Source: Elsinoe ampelina
Taxonomy: Eukaryota
Assembly (NCBI GenBank): GCA_010093995.1
Contig: ML992504.1
Location: 1,663,394-1,727,393, forward strand
Reading direction: 5' to 3'
Length of the DNA stretch: 64,000 nt
Shown: one piece after another, positions 23,436 through 37,671 of the stretch
How positions within the stretch are numbered: the stretch's first letter is position 1
How the letters are laid out: the number at the start of each line of letters is the position of its first letter
The notes under the pieces: model-generated
Database searches by the model: none
Told to the model about the DNA's origin: nothing
Seen by the model: the letters and a program-made list of their open reading frames with translations, nothing else
Program-made: the position numbers and the translations under genes

Positions 23436-26400
23436 CAGCTGTTTCGGATTCAAGCCGGCCACCCCAGCCTTGGCGGAACGCTGAACGACCTTACGTCACC
23501 AAAATTGGCTGGCTAGAGGTCGAGATTGATTATTTGCCATATAGTTGTTTAAATAGCTAAATCTAGTCAGTTTTTGAAGCTTAAAAAAGGTATAATAGTT
23601 GTCTCTTTACTTCTATATATTGCTATAGTTACTTACTGTCTCGATAAGGCTAAGCTAGCTAACCTTATTATTCTTCTTACTAATAGCTATAGTAACTACG
23701 TAGTCTACTATAAGCTATATATTACTTACTTAACTATCTATAATATTTTACTATCTCTTAAGTTCTTTAGAGAGCTTTATTTTTCTATTTTAATATATAT
23801 TTAGTATACTTAGTAGTTTACTCTCTTCCTTAAGGCTTAGCTCTTTACCTACCTTACTAATATACTAACTACTTATCTCGATAAGCTATAAGATTAGCTA
23901 TTTAAAGAGCATAGTAAAAGGATTAAATTAACTACTATTTAGAAGGCTATTAAGTAATAGAAGTAGTCTTAAAAAGTTACTTAGAAAAAAGCTATAGAAA
24001 GAGATAAAGTTTTATATATAGTATAGTTAGAGAGGTATAAGAGCTAGCTAGCTAATATAATTGTTTACTTAGATAAATCTAGCTATAATAAGCGCTCTTA
24101 CTAGAGGTATTATAGCTAGTTACTAAAAGGTGTTAAATATAAGAATAGTTAGCTAAAGACTTATACTAAAAGGTAGAGCGTACTTCTAGCTATTATAACT
24201 AGAGGATACCTCGAAGGTACGCTTATCTATTATAGCTCGATTAAAGGCCTTATCTTCTAAGATTAGCTAGAGTATACTATACTACTATAACTCGAGCCTA
24301 GTATAATTATAGTAATAGATAATACGTTAATCTACTATATAGAAGAAGTATAAAGAATATTTAAAGAGTATAGATTATACCTTAAGTACTTACCTTCTTA
24401 TTTACTAGATTTTAATTCTATTAAGAAGAGCTTCTTAGTACTAAAGGTATAAGTAAAGAGGTATTATAACTTAGCCTCTAGCTATTAATCTTTTAGTAAA
24501 TTCTTAGCTTATAGAGTTAGTTAGTATAGTAGTAAAGGTACTTATAATTAGTTTAGGTACTATAGATATAACGTAGAGTAAATAGAGCAAATAGTATAAA
24601 GATAAAGGTAAGATTAAGCTTATAAAAAAAGTACTAAGTCCTTATTAAAAACTCTATACTACTAGTACTATAAGCCTATACTACTCTACTAGCTTATCTA
24701 AGCTAAATTATACTATCTAGTTTAGTAGCTAAGTTAGATTATACTAACTTATATACCGAGATAGAGCGCTATTTAGCTTAGCTACTAAGATAGAGTATTT
24801 TAATATTAGTATAAGAGTAGTAAATTAGATTTATCTTAGCTACTAAGCTAGATAGCCTATAGCTATATTAAGTTAAACTCTTTAGCTTTATTCTTTTTAC
24901 TTAAAGGCTTAAACTCTAAAGGCTTCTACTACTTCTTAAACCTTAATATCTCTCTCTTAATTCTTATAAGTAACTTCTCTTTTAAACTCTATAACTTAGT
25001 TTACCTCTTCTCTAAAATCTTATAAATACTATTAATATTAAATTTAGTATCTCTTAGGTAGTAGAAGGCTTAATTAAGCGCTATACGCTTGCTTTTAAAG
25101 GCTAGCTTCTACTTTAGATACTTAAAAAAGTTAAATAACACCTTAGTAGCGTTAAATTATATATATATTAGTAAAGATAGAGAAGTAGTTACTATGCTAG
25201 TATAAGGCTAAGAAGGAGGTAGTATACCTTATATATTTATATTATACACCTATATAGTTACTAGTAAGGTTAATAGTACTCTACTACTACTACTAAGCGG
25301 AGAGAGATAAGGCTACTCCTTCTTAGTAATAGTCCTATTAGTCTTCGATTTGCTTAATTTAAGCACTAGAGAGCTATAAGTTAAAGGGTCTAATATAGTA
25401 TACTTACTAGCTTAAGCTATAGCTATCTATATAAGCTAGATTAGACTATTAATTAGATAGTGCTCTTTATACCTATTAATCTAGTAAAGACACTTATAGT
25501 TAGAGTACTAGTTACTAATATACTACTAGTACTTAAAAGAAGACTCTTAATTACTTATTATAAATAATAAATTCGACTACTAGCTTATAGTTATACTTCG
25601 CTAACTACTCTAGCTAATATTAAGCTTTTTAACTTTATCTTTTAGTATAAAGGTAGATATAGTAGATATTATTTCTAGCTATAGAGGAAGGCTTACTAGT
25701 ATAGTAAGCCTTAGCCTTATACTTTATAAAGCTAGTAGAGGCTAAGGAAGTACTTATAAAGTTACTAATAGAGTTATTAGCTACTCTAGCTTTAAGAAGG
25801 TATACTATAAATCTATATTAAGCTTATTATAGCCTTCTTCTAACNNNNNNNNNNNNNNNNNNNNNNNNNNNNNNNNNNNNNNNNNNNNNNNNNNNNNNNN
25901 NNNNNNNNNNNNNNNNNNNNNNNNNNNNNNNNNNNNNNNNNNNNCTCTTTATATACCTTTCTATTATAGTACTTACTCTTACTAATAGTAATGCCTAATT
26001 ATACCTCTACCTTATACCGCTTAATATTTACCGCTAAAGGTACTACCTCTACCTATACTAAGGTAGAAGTAACTTCCTCTACCTTTACTAACTAGTATAC
26101 CCTTAACTTACTTAGTGTTAGTAAAGTAGTTATATACTAGCTAGAGTATATAGCGTTATAGTTAAGTAATTATATAGCTTAACTAGTAAGATTAGAGAGG
26201 CTATTTATATTATAAGGTATATAAGGATAGTTAATAGTACTAGCTATAGATAAGGCTTATAAGTAGTTAGGGTTAATAAAGAGGTATAAATAGCTTCTTA
26301 AAGAAGAAAGTAATAGTGTTACTAGCCTCCTTATACTAAGTCGAAGAGTTATACTAGAGTAGCCTCGAGGCTAAGGAGTCTTAAAGTAGTTATTAGTAAG

Positions 26401-26632
26401 GTATACTATAGAGTATACCTTTATATAAAGCTTAAATTAGTAGATATAGAGATAATTAACCAATTATAGTATATAGTTCTTTAGCTTTATATACAAATTT
26501 ACGGTAGCGACGAGTTATTTAAGCTCTATTAATCTATGACCTTTACCGCCTATTCAGCAGCCAATTTTTGGTGGTGCAGTCGCAAATCCGGTCGCCAAGG
26601 CTGGGGTGGCCGGCTTGAATCCGAAACAGCTG
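23436..26632 (+). mobile_element. RIP-inactivated Tc1/IS630-like DNA transposon, element B: DD34E transposase on + strand ~23700-24570, second ORF relic on - strand
   Basis: Perfect 40-bp TIRs CAGCTGTTTCGGATTCAAGCCGGCCACCCCAGCCTTGGCG; TA at 23434-35 and 26633-34. Literal IVIDNTLIYY...YLPSYLLDFNSIK is read as de-RIP VMDNASIHH...LPPYSPDFNPIE. Contains an assembly gap. Confidence 0.92.
25845..25944. other. Assembly gap (100 N)
   Basis: Run of N inside element B. Confidence 0.99.
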
Positions 26633-27182
26633 TAATGCGACTTGAACAGCGAACACACCCATCACGGCAGCATCTAACTATGCACAGGTCGCGACGATCG
26701 GTCTGACTGGCTCGCGTCTATCTTCCCCGACAGCTGGATACCTCAGCTTCAGCGCCTTGCCCTCCGAACATCCTGGCTACGAGGATGGAACCCAGCAAGA
26801 GCCCATCTGTTGGTCGCTGCGTTGAGTGCGCACTCGTTAGTGCATCACTCGTTTGCGTGTGCCATCGTTGGTCTGTAAACGAATGCGGTCATGGTGGAGC
26901 TCTTCATTCTCCATAGACCTCTTCGCATCAGCTTTGTACCACCATGCGCCTACGCTGTCCAAAGCGGCTAGCCCTCATGCAGACATTCACCATGGCACAC
27001 ATCGGGGGTCGCGATTGGTGCATAATGTCTGCACTGCCGTCCTTCATCTTCTATTCAATGTAATGGCGTCGATACGCGCTCGAAACTGACGCTACCGTGC
27101 CGCGAGAGCTTCACTGCCTTCCATTTCAGCACAGGTATCTGCTTATCCAGAGTTATGCTTTTTCACCCAAGGCGGGCATGTC

Positions 27183-28700
27183 ATGGCATCTTGCACAGCG
27201 TCATACGCTGTTCTCCTTTGTCTCGTTACCCTTTCTGAGGCATCCTGTATAGGCGCAAAAGAGTGTATAGAAACAGTGCGGAACGGAACTCAACCAGTAC
27301 AGAAGCAGGGCTATACACGCCAACCAGATGCAAGAGGAACGCTGGACATTCTCTGGAGTTGCAGTAAGTCCCACATGCCGGAAGGACGCAGGCAAGCCTG
27401 ATGACCACGATCAGTTTTCACTCTGTTCCTCTGCTCGTGGACCATTATCTGCACAAATCTCCCTGGAGTCGGCACATCATACGTTGTGACGTGGTGGAGG
27501 AAGTCCTGGTTGACACTACTGGGGCTGCTTGCTCCAGAATTCGTCTTTGGTGCTGCATTTATCCAATGGTCCACTGCTCGAACCTCTATGAAGCAGTTCC
27601 AAGAGTCTGGGTACAAAGACTGGACGATGACACACTCCTTCTTTGCAGACGCTGGTGGCTTTCTGCTGCATACTCGCGATTTCCCAGCCTGTCCGATCAA
27701 CGGACTCCAATTGCACTATCTTGTCATTCATGGCTACGTTCCATTGCCAGCTTTGACAAAGCAGCACATCGGCGATCGCAACAAAATGGACGGCATGCTC
27801 AGGCTGATCTCGCTCTGGCAAGTCTTCTGGTTCTGCTTCAACGAATTCTTCCGATTCCTTGACGGGATCCACATCACCGCTCTCGAACTCACCACGGTCG
27901 CCAATATCATATGCTCCGTACCCTCCGCAATGTGCTGGTTCGACAAACCCCAAGACGTCACCATGCCGGAGACCATCTTTTGCAAGACCACCATGGCTCA
28001 GATCCTCAAAGAAGCCAAATTCGGTAATCCCACCTCTCACTACCGCTACTCTCCTCTCGAGTTCATCGACCGCCGCGAATGGTCCTGGTCTCGCCAGTGG
28101 TGTCACTGGACCAACATTCTCCGCCATATGGGCATTGACTTTGTCCCCGATGCGACGCCTATCAAGCGTGTTCAGACGACCTATATCCGCGAGATCTCTG
28201 ACATCCAGTATTTCTTCGTCTGCGCCGTCGGTTTTGTCTACATGGCCATGTTCGTGCTGGCCTGGAACCACGACTTTCCCACCCGGCTCGAACAGCTGCA
28301 CTGGCGCTTCGCCTCTCTCGGTGCCATGGCTACCCTACTACTCTGTCTGTTCTTCGAGCGTTTGGGTTTTATTTTGTGGCCCGTTTGGCGAGAACGACTC
28401 ATGTGTCACCGTACGTACAGGAAGTGGCGGGCGAAGATGGATTGGCACCCGCAGAGGCCGTGGGAGAAGAGACTGAATACCAAGGTGTCGAATCTGGCAA
28501 GAATGTGTCGGAATAATACTGTTAGTCAAGACAGGGCTTTGGATGTCCCACTCAAGACGCAATTGCCGTTGTATTTCATTGGCTTCATGTACTTTTATAC
28601 GAGGGGGACCATGGCGATACTGGATATCATTGAGTTGAGACACATGCCCATTAGCGCCTACACGGAGGCTAGGTGGACGAGTCTATTGCCGCATATGTAG
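27183..28700 (+). CDS. Multi-pass membrane protein of an uncharacterised fungal family (2 exons)
   Basis: Signal-like N-terminus; RGTLDILWSC|IFTLFLCSWT, LLAPEFV, WTMTHSFFADAGGF, ITALELTT, WFDKPQDV, AWNHDFPTRLE; intron 27364-27414. Confidence 0.85.
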
Positions 28701-30487
28701 TGATAGTGAGAATGAAAACGATTATGACCCTCAATTTCGTGGACGCAGGGGCCAAACAAGCCACAAAGGCGCAGAGTGGCGACCTACACGACCTCCCCGG
28801 TGATGACGGCATTCAGAAAGAGAATCCCACCGCACAAGATCAGCACATTTCAACAGCTTTTCCTGGCTTCCTCTGAATCTACATTCGGTGACCTATCAGG
28901 TCCAGAAGGGTTGAGTGAGTTGGATTACCAACCTGAGGCAACACCCAACATCAATGCAAAGACAAAGGCCAAAACCAAGGTGAGGTCGTTGAGCAAGGAA
29001 GAACCTCCAAGCAAGCACACCACAAAGCCACCACGCCTGCCCAGCGAAGACTAAAGTAGCGAGCCCAATGAGTCCTCGGCCTAGTGAAGCGGTATACCAG
29101 CACTATATCCAGGTACACCTGATGTAGACTCATCAGGACTGGTTTTGCCCGGGTAGGTGCGGAAAGAGTGGTCAGGGAACAAGCACCCCATGAGCATCAT
29201 GAGCAGGAACTCGATCTGCGTCCAGATGGAGAGAGTCGTGCTCGCGGTGGGTGGCGAGGCCGTAGAGACCTCGGGGGTGAAGGCTGGTAGTTATGCCTGT
29301 AGGTGCGCTCGCTCGTCCACCAGCCCGGAGGGAACCATGTCATCTCAATTTGCTGTTGCTGAGGAGTGTAGATGTGTGATGCCAGCGTTCGATCAGAGAG
29401 CCAGCGATTGCTTTCATCGACGCTTTGAGGCGTTTTGGGTCATACGTTTGTGCTTGTCGTGATTTCTAATGCATGTAGTTGTGCATTAGATGTTGTGTAC
29501 TACTCCTCCCTTAGGAGTTATTACCTTTGCCCTGCTTATTACCTCCCTCCTCCCCTCTATCTCCCCTAGCAACTGCTACATATACCCCTACTGCCCTTAT
29601 ACCTCCTCAATTCGAGAAAATATATACCCCTCCCTCGCGTATAGATTATTACCTAGAGTACCGTAAAGGGATTTAGGCCAGAGCTTAGCGTGCTCGAGGT
29701 GCAATTGTAGGCTACGGAGGAGGGTCGTACTTAAGGTATGGGTATTAATAGGCCGTAAGGGAGGAGAGGTCAGAGGGGGAGGTGCGTAGGTGGTGTGTCT
29801 ATGTGTGAGGGCTCAGCTTGACCCTGGGTATGGCGAGAGTGCCAAACTCGAGGCGAAGTGGTCGCTGCAGCGGATATCAAGTTTCGGCTTGGACAACAAG
29901 TCCAGTCTCATTTGACATTTAACATTCTCCTTTTCTACAGCCCTCTACACACGATGCTCTACAAGCTATGATACAGCCGGTTTTCCACGTCCTCCTAGCC
30001 CAGCCTCCCTTCCTTCCTTCTCTCGATCCACACCTACCGCCACCTCTCCTCCCTGCCTCGACTCGTCAATCACCGTGGCCCCCTTTCAACCCGCCGCATT
30101 CGTCCAGAACAAGCGCATATCCAACGACCCATCCAGCCCTTGCGCAAGCATATCCAGTCTTTTTTGTGGCGTGCATCCAACTGAAAGTAAAGCAAAGCAC
30201 AAACTCCACGCTTTTCCGAGAGGCGTGTAGTCGTGATAGAAAGATACATAGCAATGAACCGTTGCCACCCAGTCGTCCGTGATCCAGTTTAGCCTTGTTT
30301 GTTCAAGTCGAAAACCAGTAAAGTGAAAGTAATGTCCCAGCCGTTTACTGCGTGACGATCGTGGCCCCTTATAGTCCATCTGTCCCAGCCTTGGTCTTCT
30401 CTCTCAACTTCTGCTGCCCAGGGTTGCCAGCAGGTTGACTTCGCGCTCACCAGCGTCGTGTGATTCCAGTCCAATGGAGTTGCGAGA

Positions 30488-32761
30488 TCATGGACCCTGC
30501 GCGCCAGGACTCAACACCCATCCCCCATCATCCTCCCTCCTTCTCACCCCGCCTTCCACCCTGACACCATCCTTGACCCACGCATCCCCCTCCACCCTCT
30601 CCATCTCCCACCTGCCCATCCGCACTTTTCTCAACAGTCCCTCGACCAACAGCCTCGCTCCCTCCCAACCCTTGCCTCGCTCTGCATCCCACTCACCCTC
30701 CTCGTCTCCGAAGCGGCACCAGATCCAGTCGCACCGTGCGATGCGGTGGGTGTTCTTGGTCCTGTCTGGTCGGCCGGGTGGTGCGTCAAAGGGTAGTCGT
30801 CCTTCCATAAGTGCGTAGAGAAGGACACCTAGCGCCCATGCATCAGTGCAGCGTCCGTCGTAGGGCTGCCCGAGAAGCAGTTCGGGGGCGGCGTAGTCTT
30901 CGCTTCCGCATCTGGTTGTCAGGAGGGGGGAAGCCGGCGGCGGAGGTATTTGCCGAGACAAACCCAGATCGGTGAGGGTGATTAGTGGGAAAGGATGGGT
31001 TTGCGGAGATGAAAGAGAGGAGGCGGAGAGTTGAGCAAAGGGGACATTGACGAGGACATCTGTCACGTTAGTTCACATCGGGAATAAAAAGAGAGATTGG
31101 GGGAAATGCATACTTTCCAGCTTGATGTCGCGATGGACGATCCAGTTACTGTGCAGATAGCGGGTCGCGGCGACAAGCTCGGAGAACATGCGCTGGACAA
31201 GGGGTTCGCGGAGGAGGTCGCGGCGTTCTGAAGCCAGAACGAACAAATCGCCGCCAGTGCAGTAGGTGAGGACGAGCAAGGTGCGACGGGGCTCTTCCTC
31301 CATGGCTTTGAGTCGGACAATGCTTGGGTGACTGACCATTTTGAGTATGGCAATTTCCCGGTCTAACGAATGCTTGATGCGCTCTTCATCAGCGCCGCCC
31401 GCAGGACCATGCTCGCATATCTTCACGGCCACGAGTTTAGCCGGGTCGAGCTTTGATTCGTCTATCGAGGTTGTAGGTGAGGATGGAGGGAGAGGTTGTG
31501 ACGTCGCTAAGAATACTTTGCTAAATGTGCCCTTTCCAATCATTTTGAGACTCCTCCACTTCCGTTTCTTACTAGGTGTGTTTGGATCCTTGGATAGCGA
31601 ATGCGCGCGAAAGTAGTCCACCCCTTCCTGCTCTTGCTCTTCTTCGCTGAGCTCCGACTCGGTGACGGATTTGTTGCTCGGAGGTGGGGAAGGTATCGTC
31701 TTTGCCGGGTCCGAGGAAGTCGATTGTACAAGACCCGACTTCGTGTGCCCTCTTCGTGAAGCCAGGTACTCTTCCCTGTGCATGCCCTCGTTCCTTGCTC
31801 CGATTGTGCGCGCCTCTTCCGGCTTCAACGAAGCAGCTCCCAGCGTTGCAACGCGTGGTCGGACATTCGTCAAAGCTTCGGGAACAAAGTCGCTTATGCT
31901 CCTATTGCGGCCATGTCCTTTGGACGATCCGTGACTCGAGGGGCTGGTTGAATGAGCAGCAGAAGCTTCTACAGCGGCAGGTAGCAAAGATCCATATTGT
32001 TTCTTCTTCCTCGGAGACCCGTGCGAATTGGTACTGTTGCTACGCGAAATTCCTCCTTCGATCGGAATAGGACGCGCGCCCAGGGTGCTCTGCAAACTAC
32101 TTTGTCTCGACGATCTCTTGCTCAGCGTGCGTTTCGGAGTTCCATCACCCGGATAAATCGGCGATGGCAAGGGCGTCAGATCGATCATTGCGCTCAGCGC
32201 GGGGGATGGGAGAGCCGAAGCAGGGGAAAGCGACGAGCCGTAATCGAAAGAGTGCGAGCCATGAAGCTGGCTGTTGTAGTTGCTAAAATACGAACTCATG
32301 GGAGAAAGGCCCGTAGGCTGGTGGACCTGGGTCGGGGAAAGGTGGTGGGCAGCCGCAACAGCAGCAGCAGCAGCAGCAGCAGTGATGGAAGACGTCGTAT
32401 CTTGGCTTGGCAGAGCTTTATCGAGCTGTGATAGGCCAAAGGATTGCCTAGCCGTCGGAGATAGATCTGTTTGGACTTGTAGATTATAGAGTGTTTGCGC
32501 TTTGGACTGACGTCGCTGGTGCAGTGCTTGGACGGGGCGGGCGGGCGAATGAACTATTTCGAGATGATGACCAGGATCCGTGGTTGTCACAGCTATGTCG
32601 TTTGCTATAGGCTTCGTACCATACTGCGCAACGGTGTCGGGTCCCTGAGTCAGTCGAGTCGTAAGCTCCACAGGGAGATCGGGCTGTGGCGCAGCTGCGA
32701 GGTCGTCGTCTCGAGGGCGTGTCGACGCGTGATGATGTCGAGGTATAGCTGCCTCAGACAT
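30488..32761 (-). CDS. Ser/Thr protein kinase, Prr1-like, with a long disordered N-terminus (2 exons)
   Basis: IGKGTFSKV, VAVK, HRDIKLE|NVL across an intron (~31112-31040), DLGLS, TTRCGSEDYAAPELLLGQPYDGR. Confidence 0.9.
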
Positions 32762-33648
32762 GGCGGAGGGGGGAGGGGGAGGAGGGGACTTTTGAGGATC
32801 AAGAGACGGGAGTCCTTGCGTCAGAACCGAAGGAGTGAAAGATGGGACGAATTTTGGGACAGAGGACAGGCCAGCCGCACTCTAGCGCATGAGAGAACCG
32901 TGCGTGAGGGCGTGGTCCCTGCTATTGGGTTGGAAGTCTGTCTGGACGTTGTCCAAAACGGGGAGGGTAATTAAAGAGCTGAGTAGAAGATGGTCGATCA
33001 GTGAGGCTGAACAATGTTGTGTACACCAGAGGTGGTAGGACTTGGTAGGCCTCGGTTGGAGGCGTCCACAATTGTGTTTCGACCTCGAGCCTGCTGACGT
33101 TTGAGGATCAAAGTATGTGTCTATTTATCCCAAAAGTGAAAACTACTCGATGTATCAAGCGAGTTGAACCTGTTTGAGCAAAGAATGGATCGAGTCTGTA
33201 AACTTGATCGTGCTTTGGGCCATCTGTATCATGTGTTCGCCACGTGGAGTTTGGATGCATGCAGAGGCAGTCACGAGATAGATTCCTTCCACTCAAAAAT
33301 AGAACGTGTCTTACGAAGCAGATTCTTATTCGTCAAATGGCATCGCTCAATAAGCCATGGGAAAAGTCGAGTCTAGAAAAGAAGAAGAAAGGCAATGAAG
33401 CGGTGCGCATTGTTCGAGTCTTCAACCATGCATGCACGCAGACGATAATGCTCGCAAGTCGAGAGATGCCCACTCAGCCCCCGAGGACTTCCAGAGGAAT
33501 CACGAATCGACGTCTTTCCGTCCCAATGATGCCCCAAACCCCAAGTGTTCCAAATGTTGCGAGATAATCGTTGCCTCTGCTGTGCCTCGCCAACAGTCGT
33601 TTCATTCTATGCGCGGAGCTGCTTCTACTCGTCGTCACATTGGTATCG

Positions 33649-34464
<816 letters not shown>

Positions 34465-35553
34465 GTTGTGTGTATGTGTGTATGGAATCTGTCGTGTGCT
34501 TCAAGGTCGAATTGTGTTTTCCCTTGCTCTTGCAATGATCGGCGCTCGCGGAGTATTTCTAGGTCGTTCCCTAGTGCAGATCGATTGGATCAGATTGTAC
34601 GATAGAGGATGACAATGCGTGGTGACCAGAAGGCTGGAATCTGTCAGCGCGGTGCAGACGTGTGGTGGCACGTTGATTGACGGTACCTGTACCGGCTTGG
34701 TCTGTGTAGCGATAGGATCGGAAGCGGGGATTTGCGATGACACCACGGATGGCTGCAGAGATGTCGCACAGGAGGTGGAAAGGTGGTACGGTGCCTGCAG
34801 AAGTGTTGTGGTACAGCTGGAGCTCTCTTGGAGACGAGAAACACGCCAGGCCTCGTCCTGTCAAGCGGTCCTTAGAGCCCTTGGTCTGCCTGCTTTCCGC
34901 ACGGACTGGAAGTGACAAGTAGGACCGAGATGGTGATTGGTGGGATACGAGGTCGTTTTGATGTCGCTGTCGTTCAGGAGATGTCGTGTCTGAAGCAATG
35001 GGCGGCGTGGTGTTTGTGATCGGGCGGACTTGTCTCGGGTAGAGGATGGGGAGGTGGTAGTAGCGCGCAAGTCAAAGGGTGGTTGAGAGGGCCATTAGTT
35101 TGGACTCAAGTTTGGAGAGGCAGGCTTCTGTGCCTGCTCTGGAGGGACGAGGACACAGCGAAAACGGTCGACGTTCAAACAGGGTTTAGGCTCATTATTT
35201 TATTCGCAAGTCTCCTCCAGGCTTTTCGCGCTTTCACTTCCCGAACTGGCATTTTCCGTCGTGAAGAACACCTCAGTGTCACCCCGGCCCTGTCGCCCAA
35301 AAGAATCCTTGTCCTTGCGGAAATTGCTCTGCATATGAGTCGTCCGGCTGGCTAATCGCACACGTCAATCACTCTGGACGCATGTGGATCAGACCGTTCG
35401 TCGCGATTGTGTACAAGCTATTAAGTATCTACTTGCAACTGGCCGCATATCTGCCGTACCGTCTGCATCTCTCCTTGCCCTATTTGCTTTGCACGTGAGT
35501 CATTACTGGCCATGGCTTCGACATGGCAATATCACACGGTCAATCAAGGGCAT

Positions 35554-37566
35554 TTAGGCGAACCTGCGACGCACTTTTGCGATCAGACTCTCCTTCGCTG
35601 GGCTTTGCTGAGCGACGACAGGGTCGGTGGCATCGGTTCCAGCGTGGTGGACCTCACCGCCGATCACAGTCCCCTTGACGCGCTGATCGACCTGATCCAA
35701 AGTTAGCGACGAAATATCTTGGTCGGCCTGGAGAACTTGCCTGGTCCAATTTGTAGTTCTTCATGAGCAAGCTAAGAGGCAGAATAGGAGCCGCGACACA
35801 CACAGCGATGGTCAACAGCTTGGTCATGGTCTCCTGGTAGGCTCTGTTGATTGCATCACGAGTGGGGTCACCCATTGGCCAGCCTGAGGATGCCAGAGTC
35901 ACATTGCCGTAGATGAGAGTAGCTTGATCGGCAGTCTCAGGTGGAAGGTAAAGTTGCAACTTGGGTAGCAAATTGCTTGTCCAGACAGCGCCCGAGATGG
36001 AAGAACCGACCGCACCACCAATCTCAAGGATGGTCAAGAAGACGGCCGTAGCCGCAGCGACCTGCTGATGGCTGGCCGAAGCCTGCACACCGAGTTGAGC
36101 GGGGACATTGAGCATACCACCGCCGATACCGACTGCGATCTGACATCCGACAAGAGTGCCAGTCGACGCACCGAATTGACGGTACCGCAGCATGAGGCCG
36201 ATACCAACGAGGTAGATGGCTGCACCAAGGGTAACGAAATACTTGTAGTGCTTGGTGTACTTGATGACGAAAGAGATGATGACCGAAGTGACTGTTGATG
36301 AAAAGGTAAAGGTCTGTGTAATGCGTCCGGCGGCGATGACGGATTCTCCTTGGACGACCAGGAGATAAGAGTAGAAGTATGGAAAGACGGAAAGATAGAA
36401 AGCCACTGGTAACGGTTAGTGGTGGTAATATTGATGCAAAGAGTAAGCTTACTAAAGTAGAAGAATGCAATGGCGGTACCCGCAAGCACGGTCTTGTTGG
36501 TGAACAAATTCTTGGGGAAGAAAGCGTGCGGTGCGAGCTTTGGGCTTCGCTCCCATATCGGGAATGCAATCAAGCAGACGATACCAATGACGATCATTGC
36601 AATCATGCTGGCATTTGACCAACCACCAGTTGCCCGAGCTGCCAGAGTCAAAGGAAGCAGGATGAGTGAGATGGCGGCCGAGAGGAGGAGGAGACCGAAG
36701 ACATCCAAGTCGTACCACAGACTGATGAAGACTTGCTTGACTGGGATGCCAGCGTATGGACGGGGTGGTAGAATACCTTGCTTGGCCGCCTTTCGGTTGT
36801 TCAAGAAGAGTGACAAGGCAAGAGGTAGGAAAGCGACAGGTAGGATGATGGTCCACATCCCATACCCCCATCTCCAGCCCGCACCAGCGAGAACACCGGA
36901 AGCGACTTCTGGGCCCACCCAAGTGGTGATCAAGTACGGAATGTCAGGGATCGTCGATACCAAAGCTCTGTTCAGCAGGTCGCTAGTGTCGGCGACAAAG
37001 ATTTGCTGCAGGATTTGAAGACCAGTCTGTCCAGCAGAGTAGAAGATGGCAGCAGAAGCATAAGTCCTGACGTTGTTGGATGCTGCCAGCATGATGTAGC
37101 CAATGACAAAGAGGAAGATGCAGATGCTGAAAGCCTCGAGACGGCCAAAGACGTCGGCGATCTTGGAGATGGGTGGTTTGACGACAGCTGGAATAGACTT
37201 AGCCAACAGCTCAGTGACCAGAGGGGCCTACTTACACAGCACGATCGACTGGACGACATAGACAGTGGCCAGAAGAGAGTGTGCCAGAAAGGCACTTGTC
37301 GCAAAGGGCGCAAAGTTGAGTGTGGTCTGCTGCTCCAGGGATGTGACAAATGCCATGAGGTAGATTGAGAAGTAGGCGATGAGAAGTGATTTTTTGGTCC
37401 ATGCTGTCGAGATGGCTTCGAGTCGCTTCACACCAGCCTGTGCAGAACCAAAGGAATCGGCAGAGCTAGAGGTCATGGATGATGAATCTGCTCCATCGAG
37501 GACAGGCTTCTCCATGTTGGTGGACGCTGTGGGCGCAGAAGGCCCAGCGTGTGTCGCGTCCGCCAT
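35554..37566 (-). CDS. Siderophore-iron transporter of the MFS SIT/ARN/Mir family (4 exons)
   Basis: QAGVKRLEAI, KIADVFGRLE, IFVADTSDLLNRA, WRWGYGMW, RDAINRAYQETM; the last intron is GC-AG. Confidence 0.92.
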
Positions 37567-37671
37567 GGCGATGGAAGTCTTGTATCGGCTCTCTACTAGC
37601 TCTATCCGGGTACCTGGAACTATATATGAACTGTTCAATGGCAATGGGAAGGGGTGGAATGGAAATGGTAG

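Noticed and set aside
23574..23804. ORF-track ORF in AT-rich DNA (also 60170-60424)
   Set aside because: Ile/Leu/Tyr-rich chance ORFs produced by RIP inside transposons.
18158..26632. Composite transposon carrying methyltransferase 2 between elements A and B
   Set aside because: A and B have unrelated TIRs and each has its own TA duplication, which fits two independent insertions.
14000..29800. Starship-type giant element around the accessory block
   Set aside because: No tyrosine-recombinase captain or convincing terminal direct repeats were recognisable.
30955..30975. DLG instead of DFG in the 30488-32761 kinase
   Set aside because: A tolerated variant; HRD, the VAVK lysine and APE are intact, so it is not a pseudokinase.
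32357..32381. (GCA)n microsatellite
   Set aside because: Ordinary poly-Ala tract in a disordered kinase N-terminus.
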